Origin: Malacoraja senta
Taxonomy: Eukaryota
Direction: 5' to 3'
DNA: 64,000 bases
NCBI GenBank assembly: GCA_038087875.1
Contig: JAXLNO010002632.1
Location: forward strand, 186,001-250,000
Shown: piece by piece, positions 39,501 to 54,500 of the stretch
Numbering within the stretch: position 1 is the first letter of the stretch
Layout of the letters: each line of letters starts with the position of its first letter
Program-made: the position numbers and the translations under genes
Notes under the pieces: model-generated
What the model was told of the DNA's origin: nothing
Seen by the model: only the letters and a program-made list of their open reading frames with translations
Database searches by the model: none

Positions 39501-42500
39501 TCCTCGCTGTATCTCTAAACTAAACCAAACTAGTAGCATTTCTTTTGACCTTTGCAATTAAGTATGAAAGGCAAGAAACCCTCCATTGAGGTCACGCGTG
39601 TTTTAAAGTGGTGTGGTAGGTGCTTTGTGCAGAAGACAGAATAGAGAATCTTGAAATAAATGCCATTCAATTTACATGATTCACTTGGGAATTAGACAGA
39701 GGGTTTATATTTAGCAGGAACATGGGTCTAATTAATGAACGAGTCAAGCTCCTGCAGCTACCCTGCATATATTCAGGTCAGGCAGCATTTGTGGGGAAAA
39801 TCATAACATGCAGAGCAAGGAAGGAAGGGAGGAGGATGAAACGGAAGGTCTGATGTAAGGCAGAAGGGATTGAATGGCAAATGTAATGTTAAAGTAAACT
39901 GAAGGAGAGCAATAGAGGGACAGGAGATCTGAGGAAATGTAGAGAAGAGAAGCAGAATTATTATTGGAAATGAAAAAGGGGTTATCAGACATTTATAATT
40001 TAATTGTTAATGCTGATTATCAGTCATTGTTAATTTCAATTACTGACTTTGGAAAGTTGTGGTGTGCTGAATGAGAAGATGTGGTGCTGTGAACTTACTT
40101 CAAGCTGCATTGGAATAGAGTCAGAGGCCAGGCAGAGAGAAGTCAGGATGACAGGCGGAATTAAAGTGACAGGTGATTGGAATATTGGAGTCTTGACAAA
40201 CAAATTGAATGGTCAATGGTAAATGATAATTATAAAGTAACCCAATGAGTATCAGTTGCAAGAAATTTCTTTCTGAAGTGCTGTAACTAACATTCCCAGT
40301 TCTACATCCAGCTTTCCACCAGGTTCGCCACAAGCTGGAGAGCAGTTATGGTGCTCAGGGAGAACACATCTTCTCGATGATGCCAATCGTGCCTCATTGG
40401 TGCCACAGCGATCATCAACCTGAGGAGAGACAGTGTACAATGCAGGTCACAAACTGAAAAGATAAACAACGTGCAGAACCACAAAAAAATGAAAGAGAAC
40501 CAAGACAAGGAAATGGTCGATCATCTCCACTCAAACATTAATTCCTCATTAGCAGCTGCTTCAATCAGCATTTATATCAACAGATTTGCCATCGTCCCTC
40601 ATGTCAATAGGCTTAGGAATGAATGATACACTGTATAAGAAAGTACAAATCTGAGAATAAGTAACCCCAAACCTATGTAAAAGTATAATTATGCCATATT
40701 TTGTTTAAGTAGTTGGTTTATGGATTTTTGAGTCTCTAGTTTTGCCCTTGTTATTCCAGACCATTTTTTCCTTTTCAGTGAACCATACAACAGCATTAAA
40801 AACATGTATCTGATACTTCAATGAACTGGAAAATGTTTTTGGAAATAGACACAAAATGCTCGAGTAACTCAGCGGGTCAGGCAGCATCTCTGGAGAAAAG
40901 GAGATTTGGGGCAAGACCATTCTTCAGACTGAGAGTTAGGGGAGAGGGAAACTAGATGTATGGAAAGGAACAAAACAATCAGAGCTGGCAACAATGGGCA
41001 AGGAGCCCACTGTGGTCCATTGTTGGCTGTGGAGGAGGTGATAACTAAGGATCTGAACAGTGAAACTAGCAGGTTGACTGGGGTGGGGGAGAGATGGAGA
41101 GAGAGGGAATGGAAGGGTTACTTGAAATTAGAGAAATCAATTATCCCTCTGGGTTGTAAACTGTCCAAGTGGAATATGAGGTGTTGTTCCTCCAAGTGAA
41201 AACAGGGAACTAAATCAGTAGATGATGTGAGACTTTAAATTTTAGCTCTTGATCTGATGGCTATATTTGCAATACCGAGCACAGCTGGCTGACTCAAAAT
41301 TTAAATAGTATATCTTCAACAATAAAATTATCAGGACTTGTTGGTATCGTCCCTAAGAACTTCTTCTTACCTCAGGGTGACAGTCCATGTCACTGTTGCT
41401 ATCTGAGTTTTTCTGATCTGCCTCATTGTAGTAAACATAGCCAGTCTTACAAATACATGACCCATCTGATTCCTGAAAAGCCCGATTCAAACCATGGCAC
41501 TTGCATGTTGTGGAGCCTGAATGATGCAAGGATTGTTAAAGAGTGACATGAACATTGGCAATGTTCCAAAAGGCTTTCACAGCATCTGTACATTTGTCCT
41601 TATTACCACCAAAGTTGTCATTGTCACAAGTTCAGCACTATTTCTCCAAAGCATTGTGTTTGTTGGTCTTATAAAGAAAAGAACAATGAAATAAACCTGG
41701 ATTCCTTACAGGTGGCAATGTCACCAAGGACATCAGGTCCACTTCAGCCAGATCTAAATATACTGAATAACCTTTTAATTTGTAAACATTTACTTTAATT
41801 TTTTAATTTTTTTATTTACTTTAATTTTTTTTTTTTTTTTAATTACTTCATTGCTTCCTTCTTAGTCAACTGCAGTCCCTGATACAGGTTGGAGTGCAAG
41901 TTAAGACTGTTCTTTCCATCTAATTTTTAGAGCAGTGTTACACTTGCCTTCATATTATTGGACCTCTTTCATTTCATTGGCCCCACTCATTGCTCACCTG
42001 GTCCCAAGTATGAAGTACTTCCACATGGGAAACAAGCTGCCTGTGCAGGCAGGTGATTGAATGTGTTTTCAGGACATGGGTGACATTCACGGAGATGCTT
42101 AGAATGGCTGGTGTTCCCATATGTCCCTGGGGGACAAGGCATTGGCAATGTGGTGCTTTCAGCACAATAGTAGCCTGCTGGACAGGGGTGCGACAAGTAG
42201 CTTGCAGAACCTGTGAGGAATTACATGGGGTGAAAAAATGACTAAAGAAAATTAGAAATGTGTATCATGGAGCTGTTCTTGACAGTTGAATTTCAAGCAT
42301 ATGGTGTTGACTATGTATAATACATCTTTTTTTGATATAACTTAATGATTTGTAACTATAATTTCATGAACCTCAGGCAGAGGTTGATCTATTGTGTGTC
42401 CATTGAACAGAATCACAGATACAGTGGGCCAGATCGTACTTGATCACAACTGCATTCTGCACACACCACCCAACATGTCATCCCTCCTCCACTCCCCTTC

Positions 42501-45500
42501 CCAATCCCTTATCTCAGGATGTTTTCTTTCTCGATCCGCTGTGCCAGATGTAAGCAGAGCAGGAGCTCAGATGAGATAACATCTGACCTCAAGCAGGTCC
42601 TTACTTATGCACTTGAATATGTAGAAATTGTCAGCACAAAATGAAATTAGGATAAATACTAATCTTGCATTTCAGCTGGTGGCAGAGAGTAAATATATTT
42701 TTTTCTATTTGGCTCTTGGCATGTTGTGTTAGGATTGCAGATATTTGAAACTCATAAGTCTATTTGTGTGCTGTAACTCAAAGTACATTAAAAAAAAAAA
42801 CAGGGTGCAGCAAAGAGACAAGCCATTGGGTTTAAACAGTCCATATTATTATTAGTTCACCACCAGAGCAAATGGTTGACCTCACCAAAGTGCTTGACCC
42901 CATCAGTCAAGCAGATCTTGGATAAACACTCCTCAAATACCTGCTCACAGCAATTCATCCCCGTCGCATGAGTAGACAAGAGAACTATTTTTAATGACCA
43001 GTATCAAATGAGGTGGTGTTATTGGCCATATTATTTCTCTCAATATGCATCTCACCTCCAACAGATCTCCAGTGGGAGCAGACCTAATCTGCAGAACTAA
43101 TGGAAAGCTACTCAAACTATGGCAACTACACTTCAAAAACCAAACCTCAGCAGATGAGCTGCAGTATGGAGAAGATGCTAATGTTTGCATATGCTCGAGG
43201 CTGACACCAAGTCATCACTAATTCTACTGAAGTAGAGAAGCGATTGTCCTTGCACTTGACATGTGCAACCATTCAACCCCTGCTGAACCCTCGTGCTCTC
43301 CAACATGGAAAACATGGATTACTTATCATATTTTGGGCATCCATAGGTAAGGCAGACATCGGTGACGCAATTCACCACTATCTTCAATGCATTTATTCTG
43401 ATTTTGGTTAAATGAACTGATGGATATTTGGAAACCAGGACTTCTGAGAGATAGCTCAGAACCCATGTTCTATTGGGCACGTATTTTCCCTGCCCTCTAT
43501 AGTCTTTTGAGACCTGGACTACTAACAGCAGGCAGCTCAAGGTACTGGAAAATTACCATGAGTTATCAACTTATGGAGACATGGCAGATATGGTCAGATT
43601 GCAGATCTGCAGATGAATAGTCATTAACCTAGACTGGGGCTGATGGACCTCAGGTTTAATGGTTTAATCTTTGTTAAAGGAAAGGAACAAATTACTTGTG
43701 CTGAAAGAAAAAATCCTCTTGAACTGAATCCAACACATATTGAGTAAATTAACTAAGGTGATCCTGGTCTGACGTACCCTTTGGACAATGGAAACCTGCT
43801 GGACACGGTCTGCAGTAGAGTTCGGCCGCGGAGTCTCCTCGATAAGTTCCAGCCTCACAGAGCAGACAGGCTTTCACCAGATGATCCCTCAACCCTGTCA
43901 CATTGACTGGCATGTACCCTCCATAACAGGGCAGCATCGAAGAACTATTAGCAGGGCAGAAATACGGGAACACGCACCTACAACGAGAAAGCAGTGGAAC
44001 CATGACAAAGTTGACAGAGGTTTTAAATTATTCTTATTGTCATAGATACGTCCTCTTTGAAAATCCTGCTGCATTCGAGACGCTCATTAAAGTAATCTAA
44101 AGTTCAGCAAGGTTAGAAGTGCTGCTTTTTTGCGTGTAAACGCCAGTTTCTATCACATCAATATGCTTGCTGTGACAGAATTAATTATTCATTACTGTGA
44201 GTGAGTGGCAACCTGTGGGATATTATCACAGACCACAAGTATCTCAAATTGTTGAAGGGCTTCTTTTATCCTCATTAACAATGTTTTTTAGCGAATGGAA
44301 GCCAAAATGGAGGGGGTCAAGTAGGTTTAGTATCCCCTGTATCAGCTCAATATTCTCACGCCTCCAGCATAACTAACCTCTAAGAAGGAACGACGAATGT
44401 GCTGCCAACGCTTTGCCTATACTGACAGTTTGCCCTTTAAAGAGTTCATTCTGAGTCATATGTACAGATATTACAAGTCACAATGCACTTTTCTCATCCG
44501 TCTCTAAACATATAGAATTAATATAATTGCAGAAATCAGAAATCACTTGTATTCTGACAAAAAACAACCAACTGTGCCAGAGCGATTTCTGTATTTTCTT
44601 TTTATCCTGAAACACGCAATCACTCAAGGTTTGTCAAAAATTGCTGCTGATTAACATGGCATTGGCAAGCCTGCACATCATCAGGTCATAGAGATTCACA
44701 AGAAACAGCAGTTGCTCAGATCTTGAGGACCCCCCCCCCCCCAATATGATTGAGGTACTCAGCACATTCGGCAGCATCTGCAGAGGCAACTGTGTCTTGT
44801 TCAGTAAACCAGCATCTGCAGTTCGTGTCCACACCAAAGCATGTGTATATGATATGTATATGCCTTTTTGATAGTTCCCCAATCAACAACTGCCAACTCA
44901 CACCTCATATAGGTATGTTACAAAACTTACCTTCAGCGGCGCTGCAGTTCTGTCACTGCCCGTGTGTGCGACTTTGGCGCCTTTGAGAGGGGGGCGGGTT
45001 TAAAATGCGATATTTCGGTAGCCTATTCAAATCTATGTCTGTCAGGTAAATTAGCTGCTAAATCGCTTCAACTGCCGTTTTATTAAGTTTATTAAAATTG
45101 GCGCTGGATAATTAAATTGTTGGAGTAAAATTAAAATAATCTTCAAATGCCGTCAACGCCGACAACGGGACGGATTTCACGCACGAGACAAGGCAAGGTA
45201 CACCGTTTATTTTTTCATATAAACTTGCTTCTTAGGATGCCTTTAATAAAAATTTCAAGTTGCGAAAATGTGATTATTTAAATATACCAACCGGCAGTAT
45301 TTTTCCTGCCGATATTGGGGTTTAATTCACTGCAACCGCAACGTTCCAAACCAGCGTGTTCCACAAAATCCCACTCGCAAGATGATTTAAATGCCCATTA
45401 ATTTACAGGAATTAAACACTAAATTCCTTCCATTTGGCCTATAAATTAATGACAATGAAATTTAAAAATAATGTTATATTGTGAATTCTTGTGTGAATGT

Positions 45501-48500
45501 TATTTGGACACTTAGGCTTTTAAAAAATGTTAACTTTTTCTTAAGAAATGGATAGATATTTAGATCTAGTAATTGAATTTTGTAATTAGCTACAATTGGG
45601 TAACTAACTAATTATATGCTTTAATTTCACGTCATCCAAGTAAGGTTGTTTCATATTTGGTTCAGAATGCTTCAATCTATAATAACTGAAAATTTCATTA
45701 AGTTCTCTTAATTTTTAAGAACGTTATGGGCTTTTGACTGTCCTTGATCACAGCTTTTGTGTTAAATCAATGGAAAAGCAATAGGGAACAAGATGCTAAT
45801 TTCTGAGTATGAAAATGGCCATAACTTTTTTAATACTGAAGATATGAAAGTGAATTAGGTGTCAAATTAAACTTCTTTTTATGCGTTATCTGATGGGATA
45901 AATTGCAGACTTGATTTTTTAAATCTCAAAATTTTGTAACATTGCTACCTCATACATTTATTTTTTATTTGTTTTTGATACAAGGCCCTAGAACAAACAA
46001 TATCACTTTCAAACTCTATGCAAAATCCTATCATATTATGGTTATTTTTTCCTAAAAGCAACCTTAGAACATGATTATTAATAAAACTTGTATACACAAT
46101 GCAGATCTAAATTAGCCTTTTCCATATTTGACATCTCAACTTATTGACAAGTAAACCCATCTTGTATACTGTCTAATAATTCACCCTTCACTTTGGTACT
46201 ACTAATTTGACTAGTTGAATCATTGTGTACATTAAACTCTCTCATGAATACTGTATTAGCTATGTTACATGCATCTCTAATTTATTGATTTATGTTATGA
46301 CCAATAATGAAATATATAAAGGCTTCAAGCAGATATTCAAGTAGGGCAATTGGGTGAGAGGATGGCAGATGAAAGATGGGAAGTATTATTTTTAAAAAGG
46401 TGACATATTAAGGACATTGGTGTCTTTTTTTAGTTTAGTTAAGTTTTCAGATATAATGCAGAAACAGACCCTTCGACCCACCGAGTCCATACCAACCAGC
46501 AATCCCTGCACATTAACACAATCCTACACACACAATTTACGCATATACCAAGCCAATTTACCTACATACGTGTACGTCTTTGGAGCATGGGAGAAAACCG
46601 AAGATCTCGGAGAAAACCCATGCGGGTCACGGGGAGAATATACAAATTCCGTACAGACAGCAGCCATGGTCGGGATCGAACCTGGGTCTCCGGTGCTGCA
46701 AGCGCTGTAAGGCAGCAACTCTACCGCTGCACCACCGTGTCCATGTACAAAAGTCACTGAAGCTGTCATGAGCTTCCAGAACTAATCAGATTGCGGGTTT
46801 GTGAAGATAACAGTATAAAATTTGTGAAGTAAATGGGATCTGGTGCAGAAGCATTGACACAAGACATTTCTGGTACTGAGAATTATATAGAGAAGGAAAG
46901 ATAAATTGGATTAAGAGAGGAAGAAAAAAAAGGAATTAAAAAGTAGACAAACCAGGCATGTTTAGAAAAAATATTTTTTAGTACTGTAAATATTGATTGG
47001 CAATAATTAATAAGTATATAGTGAAAAAGTGCTCTTAGGTAGAAATGGGCAAAGTAATCTCTTTTTGGTGAAATATACTGTGCAAATGCAAGAACATCAT
47101 GCCAATGCATTTTAATGCTGAGGCAAAGAGTGAGATGTTACTTTTGTAATGTACAGATTGCAATGAAAGGAGTTAGAAAGCAAATCTTGTTCATATGACA
47201 AATAACAAATTTGCCCCCTGGGGTTAGGCACTACTGCTGTGTGAATAATGATGTATAATGGTCCAAGTACCGTTATTCCCCATTATAGTTTGACAAGCAA
47301 TTCTGATTAATGTAAGTAAGTAAGTAAGTTTATTGGCCAAGTATTAATTGTAAGAATAACCAGTGATTGGTACTTACAATTGCTCTGGAGTATTGTGTGT
47401 GTGGGATCCAAGTGGACAGGAATAACCGCCGGGACAAGTCGATGCAATCCCCGTCATGGTACTGCAGTACGAGCCTGGTCTGCACAAAACCTCACTTACT
47501 GAACCTGGCAATGGGAAACCACAGTAGTTACTGTTACCATCCTGATGTTTGGCTACAGCCCAAAAAGATTTAAATGAAAATAACTAGCACCAAACAACCC
47601 CCCTGTTATGTCTCTTCGGGTAATGGAAATTTGTGCTTACAGAATTCACGAATCACTCTCCAAAAATTTGAGTTGAGAATAAAATTCAGAATTTGTGAGA
47701 GAAAAATATTCATTATCTTAAACTCACACTTCATGATGCATACATCGATGATGTGGCTTCCTGTGATGGAACATTGTAATATGGACTGTTTTCTAGGAAA
47801 GGACCTCCCCAATAACATGGGAGTCACCTGTGCTTATATTGAGCCATTATGATGTTTAAGCATCTCAAAACAATATTTTTTGTGCAACCATTTGTAATCA
47901 CTGGAAAAGGACAGCTAATTTTTCACACAAGAAGGTCCCACCAACAACAATGAGCTAACTATCAATCTGTTTCAGTGATATTAGCAGAGGGTTAAATTTT
48001 TGGCTAGGACACAGAACTCACTTTGTGAGATGGGATCTTTTATTCATATACCAGAGGGTTACAGTCACATTTATGGTTTACCTTTGCATTTACATTTTGG
48101 GACTCGTTCTTTATGCTTCACCAGTCAACTGCCACATCCAAAGAGCAGTTGATTGCATGAGTCTATGAGTCTACACTCAGTGAGGCAGCATCCTAAAAAC
48201 CGGAGCCACCCTTTATCAGCTGATACCAAGTACACCATAACTTCCATTTACAATTTTTACTTAAATCTCACCTTCAGGGCACTCGTATCCAGCTCGACAA
48301 GGTACTCCGTTGATGTTTGGTTCACCAGTTAGTCTTGGATCAGGGCAGTAGTAACCAGGTGGACATGGCTGACAGTCTTTGTGAAAGGCAGCACCGGTCT
48401 TGTTTCCCACTGTTCCACCAGGACAGGGGATGGGACTACCTTTCCCAGGACACCAATACCCCAGTGGGCATTTGTAATTTTCATAGGCTGTTATTCCTGA

Positions 48501-51500
48501 TAGTAGACACATTAATTAGTGCAATACACTATAATTTTGGAACATACTGCAAAAGTCCATTAATCCACTACCTGACTATCAGAAATCCTGATGGTTTAGC
48601 ATTTAGTTCACCAGGTGATGATTACTCCGCATCCTTCCCACTCACTGAAATCCTGATTCTCATGCTACCTCCTTACTCACTGTGGCTCTGGCTCACATAC
48701 TCACTTTAAATTACTTACTTCACTGAAATTTTTTTATAATACTTTTTACTATCTTTAAATACAGTTAATTAAAACAGTTTGGGCATATTAATCTAAATAA
48801 CATTCAATATTCTGGAAAATCTACCATTCTTACACCACAAAGATCCTTTGAATGCTATATTATTATCTGTTCTGGTGCAGGATCTGAATTACTATAGTGC
48901 TTCTGATAAAAGTAAGTGATATGTTCACAGGAACTCACACTCTCAGTTTCCATTTATAGACTCTGTGGTTCATAGATCTATATTCCCAGGGGAGTCTAGT
49001 TTCCAGTATGCAGACAGTTTAAGAATAAAGTCATGGTGACAAGGCATTGAGAAGTATTGAATGCATTTCTAAGTTATGTCAACATTTTTAAACTTAAGGC
49101 ATTTAATTATATTTGTACCTTTCCTTTTAAATTTAAAACTGCAAATAATTAGCTTTTATTTATACCCAAAGAAATGTCTATTTGAATATCATTTATCAGA
49201 AATATCTTTTTTTTAAGATGCCAGCCTTCAGTAACTGGATTTCTAGTTATTTTTATTTAAAAGTATTGCTTTTGGTCTAAGCTAGAAATACCTGCATTGT
49301 TGCAGAAGTATCCTGGAGGGCAGGTCTGGCAAGCTGCCCGACTGGCTGCTCCACTGACATTGGAATAGGAGTGGACTGGGCACTTCTGGGGTCCACCAGG
49401 AAACAGATGCAAGGCCTGGATCTCTCCATCACAGAAATATCCAACAGGACAGCGATAAAGAACGGGATCACCTGAGTTCAGAGCATACATTTACTGTAAC
49501 ACTCTACAGAAGAGACTTGAAATATTGTGTTTAAGAAGGAACTGCAGATGCTGGAAAATCAAAGGTAGACAAAAATGCTGGAGAAACTTTATGGAGGCAG
49601 CATCTATGGAGCGAAGGAAATAGGCAACGTTTTGGGCCGAAACCCTTCTTCAGACTTGAAACATTTACTGGCAAATCATCATCTAATGTTAGTAAAACAA
49701 ATTGTCATGTTTACAGATGCTGTTTTAAGTCCAAACTCAGTTCTCGAAGAATAGAAGGCAAAATATTTTTACGCACTCACTTTAAAAAGGCAAAAAGGCA
49801 ACATCTCATGTTGCTTTCTAATAAATTAAGGTAAATCCCCAAAATGTATTTTGACGGTAAACTTGTTTGATACCAAACCAAAGGACAAAGGACAAAGGAC
49901 AAAGGACATTTATTGTCACATACACCAAATGGTGTAGTGAAATTTGTTCTTGCCATGCAGCACAAATAGACACAACATTAAAGAAATTTAACATAAAACA
50001 TAAAAACATCCCCCCACAATGGATCCCACTGTGGGGGAAGGCACAAAGTCCAGTCCATATCCCCTTGTCCACCCATAGTCTGGCCTATATAGTCCACAGT
50101 CGCCGCTACGGGGGCCACAAAGTGCTGGAGGAACTCCATGGCCAGGCATCATCTGTGGAGGGAATGGACAGGTGAGGTTTTGGGTCAGGATCCTTTTTCA
50201 GACTAAAGAATCGTTCCAACCCAAAGTGTCTGTCCATTCCCTTCAAAGATGCTGCTTGGCCCACTGAGTTTCTCCAACACTGTGTGTTTTGCTCAAAGTT
50301 CCAGTATCTACAGTTTTTTGTGTTAAGTATTTGATACCTTCTTTGCACCAGTATCCAGGTGGGCATGGCCGGCAGTCCCCTTGCTGTCTGGCACCAGTCA
50401 GTAATCTAATTGTATTCGAAGGGCAGGGTTTGGTTACCTTCGTCCCCTCAGGACAATAGAAACCTGAAGGATTCCAGGGAGATTACATTCACTTTGGAAT
50501 GGAAACAACTCACAACTAATTAATTTAACAATAATTTTTCTTCAAAACTACTCAGTGTTTCTCCCATTTCTTGGCTGTAACTTTATGAGAACATCTGTAA
50601 AAATAGCGGGAAATCATTCCAAAGCTATCTATGGATTTTGCGGTTCTTCCATTAAAGCTACATGGGATGACCAAGAGAACTGAACTTTTCAGTTATTAAA
50701 AAAAATAGAATGCACTATTCACGTTGGCAAACAACATGGATTGTTGGAATTTTTTAATCATAGCTTTGGTCATTTAAGTGTAGTGTTTCCCAAATGATGC
50801 CAAAATGAATGGATAAGAATTGCTGATGTTATTGTAATATATATCTTGTTAAAAAATAGCTGATTTGACCAATTATCAATCAATTAATCACTTATTCTGT
50901 CATCATGCTTCCACATTCTTTCATTAATTTCTCTGCTGATGGAATTGGTGAGAATGTGAGGAGAATAAAAAATAGAATTAATATAGAATCAACGCAAATA
51001 GATTGTTAATGACTGGCATAAATGTGGTGGGTTTTAGGCCCTATTTCTGTGCTGTAATTTTCTATGACTCTCTGATTTTTACTGAGCATTTTCTAAATTT
51101 TCTACTTTTCTAAATGTTTCATTCTCAGGGAATGTCACCTTAATCATTCCTGACAGCAAACATCCTCTGGCTCCACACTACAGCAACATTTCAAAGGTGG
51201 ACTGTAACAATTTAATAGTGGTGTCTGGATAGAAACCAAGTTGCTTAATAATATATCTCGCATTGACAATATCAAGTAATAGATGTCTTAAAAGTCTCAT
51301 ATTGATTCATAGAATCATAGAACACATTATGAGAGTATAAAATAATTCTAAATGGGTCTGGAATTGATTTCACTTTGTCTTATTAAGTCAAACTTTATTT
51401 CCAGTATACTAATCTGACAGCTAGCAGCCAACACAGACAATACCCTACCTGTAAACTCACTTCTATGAAGTTTATCATCATCTTTGCCTGTGCATCTAGA

Positions 51501-54500
51501 CAACAGTAGGTCTGGCCCTCTCTCAATCTCCAGTTGATATATTTTCAGCAGACCCATTAGAATATGATACCTTATCGTCAATTTACATAATACTTAGAAG
51601 GAAGCCATCTAATCAATACCAGCTCACAGAGCAAACCCATTCTCATGCTCCACTGAAAATGGATGAGAAACATTATGGAGTAATGGGCCTGGAATTGAGC
51701 CAAAGGTCCATTATTTATACAATTTGAAACAGACAATGGACATTTGAGATTCCCAGATCTTCCTCATTAGGCTACATTAACTTTTAATTCTCACGGCATT
51801 GACTAAACAATATTTCCCAAGGACTTTTCATGAAGAACGTGTGAAATGTAGCACAGTCTAGTAACAGAATAGGTAGCAATCCGAAGGAAGAATATCCGGA
51901 AACATGGACAAAATAAAACCCATTTGCTTTAAGCATTTAGCCGAAACACACACGGCATGGAGGCAATGATTAAATTTGTTAATAAAATCAAATGTTGTTT
52001 GATATTATACCTGCAGGACACGGTCCAGCACACACTTGGCCCCAGATACATGGATTATTGTTAGTTGCGACATTAGGGAGAACTCCATGAGGGGTAAAAT
52101 TATAACTGCCAGCAAGACAGAAGTATCCAGCCGCGCACTGTCCTTGAATCCTTCCTTCACTGCAGAGACATACATTTTAAATTTGTACACGTGCACATGA
52201 AAAATTATTACAATATTCATTTTTTGAAGCAAAACATTTCTAAAGGTTGAGATAATTTGAGTATATAATAATAGGATAAATACTGTGCAATAATTTATGT
52301 CCAAATAATAACCTTCGCACATCTCTGACAAAGGTCTGCAGGCTGAAACATTAACTCTATTTCTTTGCCCACAGGTTTGGTCATTCCTGTTTAGTACATG
52401 CAGCATTTTCTGCTTTCATTTATCTTTAGATTTTATCGTCAGGAAGAAGATTTTATCGTTTGAAGATTATTGTTCAACATGACCTTCCAATCAATGCAAG
52501 GAAGATAGGTGAACTTGAGTTTCCTAAGGGATGGCAAGATTCTATAATCGGAGAATTAGCACATTAGGAGGGGGAGCTATAGTAGAAGGAATGGTCTTTA
52601 TTAAATCTCAACTTTGGTTTTACATTCTCTTCTAGTATGGACTACAAAATATTATTTAACATGATGGAATTCATGTAAATGTTTTTAGAACATTTATCAG
52701 CAAATACAGAAGAAATTCTCAAAATATTTGAGGGTGTAGCATAGTATTTTGTAAAGGACAGTTCTACAATACAGCTTGAGACAATAATATAGAAATCTAA
52801 TGAACAGAAAATATTTGAAGTATGCAATATAAATAAGATAGATATGCCTAATAGAATCAAGGTTATTTTATCCCAATGAATGCTTCCTCCAAATAAATAA
52901 CTGAATGCCGAACGAACTGAATTCAGTTTTTTTCATTAGAAAACCAAAGAATGGGTCTCTCATGTTGTAAGGCAGCAGAATCCACTCGTTCAGTAGCAAC
53001 ACTTGTCTGTAGCTGGGAGTGTATTCCTGTATTGTAGCACATCTCTGCAAAGATCACATCTGCTCAGCTACATGGTGACACCATGCGAACTCATGATACA
53101 TCAGTAGGGACTTTCCATGCTGAAACTATTAACATGATGCTATAACTATTCTTTGAACTGTGTAACTATGATTCTTGTTTTTTTATGCGACTGTCTACAA
53201 ACGGCATTGGGCTGAACTGTAATGCCGTTTTAGCACAATGGAATGGCATGGAGTACTTTCCACATTACCTTTGTTAAAATTAGTGAATGGACATTTAAAG
53301 CTCAAAATGGACGTGGTCGAATATTCACTGAGAATTGTTACACCAACCTTCGCTACATGAAGCACTTGACCCTACTCAAAAGTGAAACAATAGTTTAAAA
53401 AAAATTTCAACACCAGATGAGAACAGAACCATAATGAAGGAGTGTCTGAACAGGAACAATTAGCCGACCTGCAGTACTTGCCAGTGGGACAAGACAGGCA
53501 TTGCCTTTCCTCCTTCAAGCTCGATATTTCCTCTGGTGTGAATGTTCCACGAGGACAAGGAATAGGAATCTGGGTACCTGTATGAGATTGTTACAAACAG
53601 GAATATGTGTTAGCAATCATTTTGAGGGGACTAGAGTATAAAAGCAAGGATATAATGATGTGATTTTATCAGATGCTGGTCAGGTCACATTTACGATATT
53701 GTGAGCAGTATTGGGCCCTATATCAGAGGAAAGATGTACTGGCTTGGAGGGTCCAGAGGTGTTTTATGAGAATGATCCCAGGCACGATTGGATTACCGTT
53801 TGAGGAGCGCTTTAAGGCTTTAGATCTAAGGCACTGATGGCTGTGGAGGCCAAGACTGTGTATTTTTAAGGCAGAAATTGAAAGGTCCTTGAATAGGAAG
53901 GGCATCAAAGATTACAGGGTAGAAGACAAGAGAATGGGATTGAGAGGGAAAAATAGATCAGCCATTACCGAATGGTAGAGTAGACTTGATGGGCCAAATG
54001 GCTAATTATGCTCCTGTGTCTTATGGTCATTTAGTTGTATGGATCAAGAAGTCAATAAACAATGAATGAAACAATCCTGTGTTTGGATTTCTTGTGCCAT
54101 TACATCCCTGAAGTAGATGACGAGGAACAATTATTTCAAAACAATTTACGAGCACCTTGAATAGTAAAATAAATGCTAATTGCAAAACAACAAAAACCAA
54201 ATGCTGGAAATTTAAAATAAAAATTGACATTACTGGAAGCACTCAGCAGGTCAGGTTGCATCCATGAAAAATGATGTGAAATTTTGAAAGACCTTTTGGT
54301 TGAGTGGGGAAGTGAGAAAAATTCATTTCTGTGACATAACTAATATATTTTCTTATAAAGCTCCAGTCAAAGCTTCAGAGCACATAGAGAACTGCAGCCA
54401 ATGACGGTTTTGAAATGCAACTCTAATTCCATCCCCTTCACTCACGCCAAACACAGGGGAGCTGGTGCTTTGCAGCAGTGAGATAATAACCAGTTAATAG

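Noticed and set aside
41400-41416. Suspected frameshift in the A-run of exon a14
   Set aside because: Recount gives five A's; the frame is intact ([12 protein letters not shown]).
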